A DNA stretch of 64,000 bases, from contig LFLB01000003.1 in NCBI GenBank assembly GCA_001543005.1, forward strand, positions 221,797 to 285,796. The letters are read 5' to 3'. The first letter of the stretch is position 1, and every line of letters starts with the position of its first letter. This DNA is from Candidatus Spongiihabitans thiooxidans. Its GTDB lineage: Bacteria > Pseudomonadota > Gammaproteobacteria > Arenicellales > Poriferihabitantaceae. The notes under the pieces were generated by a model. The model saw nothing but the letters and a program-made list of their open reading frames with translations. It did no database searches and was not told the origin of the DNA. This document shows, one piece after another, positions 55,616 to 64,000 of this stretch. Made by a program: the position numbers and the translations under genes.

Positions 55616-55673
55616 CAATTTAATTTTACCTGTTCAACGCGATGCGGCCTCAAATTGATATACCCAAATTGAC

Positions 55674-56048
55674 ATGAACACACAGTCCACTTATACCATT
55701 TCTGATCTGTCAAAACACCTTGATTTGACCCTCCGCACAATTCGCTTCTATGAATCGGAAGGTTTGCTTAGCCCGGAAAGGACAAATGGCAAACGTGTCT
55801 ATCATGAAAGAGATTTAGTGCGCTTAAAATTGATATTACGGGGTAAGCGATTAGGATTTTCGCTGGCTGAAATCAAAACCACCCTGGAGCTATACGACAC
55901 CCAGCCCAATGAAGCGGCGCAACTGAAATACGTGCTGGCAATTATCGAAACCCATCGCCATGAATTGCTTCAAAAACAACAAGACATCACCAATACGCTG
56001 GATGAAATGGAGGCAGTCGCCGAACAGGTCCAGGCACACCTCGTTTAG
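55674..56048 (+). CDS. MerR-family transcriptional regulator (LiuR-like)
   Basis: N-terminal helix-turn-helix YTISDLSKHLDLTLRTIRFYESEGLL followed by a coiled-coil dimerisation helix. 124 aa. Confidence 0.85.
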   Translation: MNTQSTYTISDLSKHLDLTLRTIRFYESEGLLSPERTNGKRVYHERDLVRLKLILRGKRLGFSLAEIKTTLELYDTQPNEAAQLKYVLAIIETHRHELLQKQQDITNTLDEMEAVAEQVQAHLV

Positions 56049-56216
56049 TTATTCTTTGAACGTGGTGCCGAGTATAGGTTTTGTTTAAGTTTGGTGTTTA
56101 ATTCAAGCTCGTGCTCGTTCCTTTAAAATATAAGGGTGCGAAGTGAAATTGGAAACCATGCGCGACAATTTAGCCAACAAAAATCAACCTGATAAAATTA
56201 ACCTGAGAAAATTAAC

Positions 56217-58055
56217 ATGACCTACACAGCACCGACCCGGGATTTATTGTTTTCAACCGTGCATTTAGCCGACCTTGAAGGCGTTGCCGCCCTGCCCGGA
56301 AATGCAGACGCAACCGCAGATCTGGTGGAAGCGATATTGCGGGAAGCCGCAAAAATCGGCGAGGAAATTCTCGCGCCGATAAACCGAAGCGGCGATATTA
56401 ACGGGGTGAAATTGGTGGATGGCCAGGTGCAAACCGCGGCCGGGTGGAAAGAAGCCTATGCCACATTCATCGAAGGCGGTTGGAACGGATTGCCGTTCTC
56501 GCCGGATCGCGGTGGTCAAGGCTTGCCTTGGCTGGTGGCAACGGCAATCCAGGAAATTTGGCATGCATCGAATATGGCTTTCTCTTTGTGCACATTACTG
56601 ACCCAAGGCGCCATCAAAGCCATTGAGTTGCACGGCTCCGATCAGCAAAAAGACACCTTCATGAATAATATGATTTCCGGCATCTGGTCCGGCACCATGA
56701 ATCTGACCGAAGCCGATGCCGGATCAGATCTGGCCGCAGTAAAAACCCGGGCCATAGCCGATGGCGATCACTATCTGATCAGCGGCCAGAAAATTTTTAT
56801 TACCTATGGCGATCATGATTTAACAGAAAACATCATCCATTTAGTGCTTGCGCGCCTGCCGGATGCGCCCGCAGGGGTTAAGGGAATATCGCTGTTTATT
56901 GTTCCTAAATTCCTGCCCGATGAAAACGGCAAATGGACCGTACGTAATGATATCGAAACCATTTCCCTGGAACACAAATTGGGTATCCACGGTAGCCCCA
57001 CGGCAACACTGGCTTACGGTAGCGGAAAATATCGTAGTGACAAAAACCAGAAAAAAACCGGTGCTATCGGGTATTTGGTCGGTCAAGAAAACCACGGCAT
57101 GAGTTACATGTTCACCATGATGAATGTCGCCCGGCTTGCCGTCGGCATTGAAGGCAATGGTGTGGCAGATCGCGCCTACCAACAATCTGTACGGTTCGCC
57201 AATGAACGTGTCCAGGGCACCGCGATTGAGAATCCGAAAGGGGCTCGCGTCACCATCGTCAATCACCCGGACATCAAACGCATGTTGATGTTGCAGAAGT
57301 GCCGAATCGAAGCGCTGCGGTCACTGGGACTGGTATTGGGCGCATCTTTCGATAAAAGCCTTAAACACCCCGATCAGGAAGTACGAACATTCAACCAGGC
57401 CATGGTTGAAATACTTACCCCAATCGCCAAAGGCTATATGACGGAAATGGGACTTGAGAATGTATCCATCGCCTTGCAAGTACACGGCGGAATGGGCTTC
57501 ATCGAACAAACCGGTGTGGCGCAACATTATCGTGATCAACGGATTACCCCTATTTATGAAGGCACAAATGGCATTCAGGCATTGGACCTGGTTGGCAGGA
57601 AACTGCTTCGCGACCAAGGCGACATGGCGCGCGCCGTCATCGAACACATTGGCAAGGAAATGGAAACCGTACACCATACTACGTTGAGTTCAATGCGTGC
57701 TCAGGTAACCGAAGGTCTGAACGCAGTAGAGCAAAGCATGAATACGATTCTGAAAATGGCAAGCGGTGATACTGCCGGCGTTGATATGAAGCAGGCGGCC
57801 GCAATTGCCGACCCCTATCTTCGGCTTTGGGGCACGGTAATGTGTGGCTGGCAACTGGCAAAAGCGGCAAGCGTGGCCATGGATTTTATCGATCTTGATG
57901 ACGGTGGAGATCCGTTTTACCGAGCAAAAATTGAAACCGCAAAATTTTATTTTGCCTATGAAATGCCAAAAGTTGCCTATCATCAAGCGGTGATAAAACA
58001 AAGCGCGAATTGCATCGCCAATCTTGATACCGCTATTTTCGAAACGCTACAATAG
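56217..58055 (+). CDS. Long (about 600 aa) acyl-CoA dehydrogenase
   Basis: Acyl-CoA dehydrogenase N-terminal, middle and C-terminal domain pattern (GTMNLTEADAGSDL, ITPIYEGTNGIQALDL) with a C-terminal extension. Confidence 0.9.
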   Translation: MTYTAPTRDLLFSTVHLADLEGVAALPGNADATADLVEAILREAAKIGEEILAPINRSGDINGVKLVDGQVQTAAGWKEAYATFIEGGWNGLPFSPDRGGQGLPWLVATAIQEIWHASNMAFSLCTLLTQGAIKAIELHGSDQQKDTFMNNMISGIWSGTMNLTEADAGSDLAAVKTRAIADGDHYLISGQKIFITYGDHDLTENIIHLVLARLPDAPAGVKGISLFIVPKFLPDENGKWTVRNDIETISLEHKLGIHGSPTATLAYGSGKYRSDKNQKKTGAIGYLVGQENHGMSYMFTMMNVARLAVGIEGNGVADRAYQQSVRFANERVQGTAIENPKGARVTIVNHPDIKRMLMLQKCRIEALRSLGLVLGASFDKSLKHPDQEVRTFNQAMVEILTPIAKGYMTEMGLENVSIALQVHGGMGFIEQTGVAQHYRDQRITPIYEGTNGIQALDLVGRKLLRDQGDMARAVIEHIGKEMETVHHTTLSSMRAQVTEGLNAVEQSMNTILKMASGDTAGVDMKQAAAIADPYLRLWGTVMCGWQLAKAASVAMDFIDLDDGGDPFYRAKIETAKFYFAYEMPKVAYHQAVIKQSANCIANLDTAIFETLQ

Positions 58056-58413
58056 ACCCATCCTCAGCGTGCCAACATGCGCCGCTAATTTGACCTGCTT
58101 ATGCCAACTTATTATCTGCGCCAGCTCCAAAATAATGGTTGGTGTTTCTGCCTTGTGGCGGGATATTCCATATTCAGCAGATTTCATTGACAATTCAGTC
58201 GGCATGGTTAACTATACCCCTCGCCTAAGCGCTGGATCCGTTTAGTCGGGTCTCTCGCGAATACAACACTGATTTAAAAAGATGGCTTTAGCGGGCCATA
58301 TACGGAAATTCGCGGGGAGTTCTTTATTCATCGCTTATGCAAAGGCACGGCATCGCCGCCGCTTAACCGCAACTATGAAGACTAATCATCATGATAATTA
58401 ACAATGCCCACAT

Positions 58414-60987
<2,574 letters not shown>

Positions 60988-61133
60988 GGTGTCGTTTTTT
61001 CGCTGCTCTGGTCAAAAGCTTGCCACAATGGTTTAACAAATTAAGGGTCAGAGTTTGAAGAGCCTCCTCCTAAACCTAAACCACCAATACTCCCAGCGGC
61101 ATTATCTGCTCCGGGAAACCAATGTTTCTAATT

Positions 61134-61607
61134 TTAGGGGGTATTCAAAGGTTGTGTAAAAATATCTTGAGATTGGTCAACTGTTTCATTGCCTTCTGCC
61201 AACATCGAATAAGCATCCGGTAAATTCGCCACCACGCGGATTAACTTATCCATCGCTTCGCTTTGTATGGCGTAACCTCTTTCGTATTTTGAAAACGCGT
61301 TTGGCCCGCCGCCAAAAATTTCGGCGGCGCGTTTTTGCGTGAGTTTCAGTTTTTTACGAATATCCTTGATCTCCGTGCTGGTCAATAACCCGATGCGTTT
61401 GCGCTTCGCATCGGCGATTTTTAGCTCGTTACGGATGATCTGGTCGGTCAGAACGGGATCGCAACCGCATGAATCGCAAAGGCAACATTCCAGGCCCTTG
61501 ACTTGAAATGGTTTGCTGCCATCTCGGGGTTTGAATTTGCCGGTAAATGTCGATGCGGTTAATTTTCCCTTCCAACAAACCGGGCAATCATAGGTCAAAA
61601 GTTTCAT
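61134..61607 (-). CDS. mqsA: MqsA-family antitoxin (N-terminal zinc ribbon + C-terminal XRE helix-turn-helix)
   Basis: CPVC...CLCDSCG zinc ribbon followed by LKLTQKRAAEIFGGGPNAFSKYERG. Confidence 0.8.
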   Translation of the reverse strand: MKLLTYDCPVCWKGKLTASTFTGKFKPRDGSKPFQVKGLECCLCDSCGCDPVLTDQIIRNELKIADAKRKRIGLLTSTEIKDIRKKLKLTQKRAAEIFGGGPNAFSKYERGYAIQSEAMDKLIRVVANLPDAYSMLAEGNETVDQSQDIFTQPLNTP

Positions 61608-61616
61608 GGTAAATCC

Positions 61617-61964
61617 CTAATGAAGGTGGAAAGAAAAAACAAGGAGGGTTGTGCATTTTTTATCGAATCCGAGTTTGATATAAAGTTCATCGGGGTTATT
61701 TGTCTCAGATTGTGGCGTTGGCCATTGGCAATGATAAACATCAAACCAAGGCTTTGACTTTCCATATCTGACGGATTCTCGATAGTTTTCCGAGGTTAAA
61801 TTTTTCAAACACTTGCAAACTTCTGGCAACGAATAACCAAGATTTTTGATGTCGTTAAACACTGTTCCCGTCGCAAAATGAACCTGCTGATTGCTTGCCA
61901 GCCGATGTATATGTTCAAGCGAATATTCGGATGTTTTGCGTTTTTGCGGCTGAGGACTAACCAT
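61617..61964 (-). CDS. mqsR: MqsR-family toxin (type II toxin-antitoxin RNase)
   Basis: 115 aa. It lies immediately upstream of the antitoxin (toxin-first order, as in mqsRA). YSLEHIHRL..., WFDVYHCQW and ELYIKLGF follow the MqsR pattern. Confidence 0.75.
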   Translation of the reverse strand: MVSPQPQKRKTSEYSLEHIHRLASNQQVHFATGTVFNDIKNLGYSLPEVCKCLKNLTSENYRESVRYGKSKPWFDVYHCQWPTPQSETNNPDELYIKLGFDKKCTTLLVFSFHLH

Positions 61965-62213
61965 TATGGTTATTTTCTATTCGATGTCAATACGAAAAAA
62001 GTGAAAATATTTAATTTTTTTGGCTAATTTCCATGAAATAATGGCACTCACTCATCGTCGGTTGTCCGTTACCGCCAATCTCCTTTGTTGTCCATATTCC
62101 TTCTTTGTCTGCTGACGACTGAAAATAGCGGGGCACATTAGGACTCAATATGACCGCAAAAATCTATGCGGCACTTTTATCCCTACCCCACAGGTAGCGA
62201 CCTGCCCCTACCA

Positions 62214-63005
62214 TCATTCAGACCTCCACGGCGGCGGTTTTTTCTCGAAAAATCCACTGATACCGGCAATGGCTTCTTCGGTTTCCCAGGCATCAGCCAG
62301 CATCTTTGCGGTGTATTCTCGATTCTCCTGCATCGTTTGTTGACTGACATTTCGTATTAATTTTTTAGTCATGGCGATGGCCCCGGGAGCGCAAGCAAGG
62401 CAGCTTTGCAGCTCCTTTTCAATTGCCTGATCGAGATTAGCGGGTTCAACCACTTTATCAATCAATCCGAATTGAACTGCCTCGTTTGCATCAAATACAT
62501 ACCCGTTCAATAATGTGCGGCGAGCATTACTGATGCCCATTCGATCAATCAAATAAGGAGAGATATTGGCAGGGGTCAGTCCCAGATGGGTTTCGGTTAA
62601 CGAAAACCGCGCATTGGACACAGATATTGCGACATCGCAAACCGCAATCAGTCCAACGCCGCCGGCATAAGCCGCGCCGTGAACCCGAGCGATGGTAATT
62701 TTGTTGAGCCGGTTTAATGCTTCCAAAACATCCGCCAAGGCGGCGCTTTCCCTGATTCTTTGTGCGCGACTGCGCGCCAGATTTTCTTTCATCCAAGCCA
62801 GGTCGGCACCGGCCGAAAAACTTTTCTCTCCGGCAGCAGCCAAAACCACTGCTCTTATAGAATTGTCATTGCTTATCGCCTCGCAGGCATCGCGCAACTC
62901 CAACATCATCCGGCTACCCATGGCATTGTGCTTTTGCGGACGGTTCAGAGTTAACCAGGCTACGCACCGTTGATCCACTTCAAGATTTATATCCGCGTAA
63001 TTCAT
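62214..63005 (-). CDS. Enoyl-CoA hydratase/isomerase family protein
   Basis: Crotonase blocks LTLNRPQKHNAM and KSFSAGADL. 263 aa. Confidence 0.85.
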   Translation of the reverse strand: MNYADINLEVDQRCVAWLTLNRPQKHNAMGSRMMLELRDACEAISNDNSIRAVVLAAAGEKSFSAGADLAWMKENLARSRAQRIRESAALADVLEALNRLNKITIARVHGAAYAGGVGLIAVCDVAISVSNARFSLTETHLGLTPANISPYLIDRMGISNARRTLLNGYVFDANEAVQFGLIDKVVEPANLDQAIEKELQSCLACAPGAIAMTKKLIRNVSQQTMQENREYTAKMLADAWETEEAIAGISGFFEKKPPPWRSE

Positions 63006-63023
63006 ATTGACTATTCCGCTTGA

Positions 63024-64000
63024 TTATTCGTACTGTCTGATGTCTTCTATGACCAGCCCATCATTGGAAATTGAACCAGGTTCAACGAAATTAACTTCTC
63101 CGCGAACCTTGCACAACTCCCGAATACTTTTGCTTATTGCTTGGCCAAGAGACTCGGATTGTTGCGTAACTTCACATTGCAAAGTCATTTTATCGCTTTG
63201 ATCGACCCAATCAACAACCAGTCTTGCTTTGATAATTTCTGGATGGCGTTTTATCAGGCCCTCTATCTGCTCGGGATGAATGAACATGCCGCGCACTTTC
63301 ACGGTCTGATCGGCGCGCCCCATCCAACCCGCTATTCGCCGATTAGTGCGGCCACATTCACTGACTCCCTTGAGAACCGCAGACAGGTCACCGGTGGCAA
63401 ATCGAATCAAAGGATAATCTGGATTCAACGTGGTCACCAATACTTCACCGACTTCACCATCTGCCACAACATCACCACTGCCGGGTCTTACAATTTCCAG
63501 GTAAACGCCCTCATCGACTATCAGTCCCGAATGCACAGAAGATTCATAAGCAATCACACCCAGATCAGCAGTGGCATAACATTGCAGGACCGATATTCCC
63601 CGCTCGGTAAAATCATTTCGCAGCGAAGGCGGCAGTGCTTCTCCAGAAACCAGCGCCTTGTTCAGGCTACTCGCATCCAGATTTAACGCATCCGCCTTTT
63701 CCAGAATAATTTTCAAAAATGACGGCGTGCCGATATAACCGCTCGGTTTTAAATGGTTTATGGTTTGCACTTGCAAATCAGTTTGGCCAACACCCGCGGG
63801 GATTACGCTACAGCCCAAGGCATGGCATCCGCTGTCGCCCATTGCGCCAGCCGGAGTAAAGTGGTAGGAAAAACAGTTTTGCACTAAATCGCCCGCACGA
63901 AAACCGGCGGCAAATAATGTGCGCGCAAACCGCCAATAGTCGGTGCGCTTGGTGCTGACTTCGTAAATCGGCCCGGGAGAAGCAAAAATATAAGCTAACT
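63024..64000 (-). CDS. Phenylacetate-CoA-ligase-like (PaaK-family) adenylate-forming enzyme, C-terminal part (gene runs off the right edge)
   Basis: The track ORF starts at 63884, but the frame stays open to 64000 (...DYWRFARTLFAAGFRAGDLVQNCFSYHFTPAG...). The PaaK-like pattern (GDxVxN, IPAGVGQT, TPSFL, C-terminal ACT-like end) continues upstream. Confidence 0.75.
   Translation of the reverse strand, partial: LAYIFASPGPIYEVSTKRTDYWRFARTLFAAGFRAGDLVQNCFSYHFTPAGAMGDSGCHALGCSVIPAGVGQTDLQVQTINHLKPSGYIGTPSFLKIILEKADALNLDASSLNKALVSGEALPPSLRNDFTERGISVLQCYATADLGVIAYESSVHSGLIVDEGVYLEIVRPGSGDVVADGEVGEVLVTTLNPDYPLIRFATGDLSAVLKGVSECGRTNRRIAGWMGRADQTVKVRGMFIHPEQIEGLIKRHPEIIKARLVVDWVDQSDKMTLQCEVTQQSESLGQAISKSIRELCKVRGEVNFVEPGSISNDGLVIEDIRQYE

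Noticed and set aside
61965-62213. MqsA-type operator palindrome (ACCT-N-AGGT) upstream of mqsR
   Set aside because: I found no clear palindrome of that form in the promoter region. There is only a weak ttcgat...tacgaa partial symmetry.

Overview
The window looks like a gammaproteobacterial chromosome segment, with about 48-50% GC judged by eye. This is supported by Pseudomonas/E. coli-like synteny: zapA-ssrS-ygfA lies divergent from pepP-ubiH-ubiI, and lnt-ybeY-ybeZ-miaB and scpA-scpB-rluB are also present. Most of it is housekeeping or catabolic.

Content from left to right:
- 1-5.8 kb: a DUF1989 (Tdm-like) gene and a betaine/TMAO-type ABC importer.
- 5.9-12.4 kb: a two-gene Type III-like restriction-modification island with an unusually long Mod protein.
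- 12.5-13.3 kb: pdxJ.
- 13.5-23.2 kb: a glutamine-synthetase-like gene, GlxBCD/MgsABC-like genes and an FAD-oxidoreductase gene, with a GntR regulator and an Amt transporter.
- 23.6-26.8 kb: cytochrome c5 followed by an enoyl-CoA hydratase / IMDH-like / SDR operon.
- 27-49.6 kb: a long housekeeping block.
- 49.7-58 kb: an IcmF / 3-hydroxyacyl-CoA dehydrogenase / acyl-CoA synthetase operon with a divergent MerR regulator.
- 58.4-62 kb: a GC-rich subtilisin lipoprotein autotransporter next to an MqsR/MqsA toxin-antitoxin pair.
- 62.2-64 kb: enoyl-CoA hydratase and a PaaK-like ligase.

I saw no rRNA, tRNA, CRISPR, transposase or integrase by eye.

Main second-look items:
1. Two strand-biased arrays of short hairpins with ANGGAN loops. 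This is the architecture of CsrA/RsmA-binding sponge RNAs. Each array sits in the sense 3' region of a gene (rluB, and the GntR regulator gene).
2. A 32-nt poly-C tract directly after the start codon of the autotransporter. It resembles the phase-variable NalP arrangement.
3. The long-Mod Type III-like restriction-modification pair.
4. A LicD plus eukaryote-like cytidylyltransferase islet flanked by gene debris.
5. An unannotated 6S RNA and an unannotated 55-aa membrane ORF downstream of amt.

All functional calls rest on motif recognition in the supplied translations and my own reading of the DNA. No database search was run.
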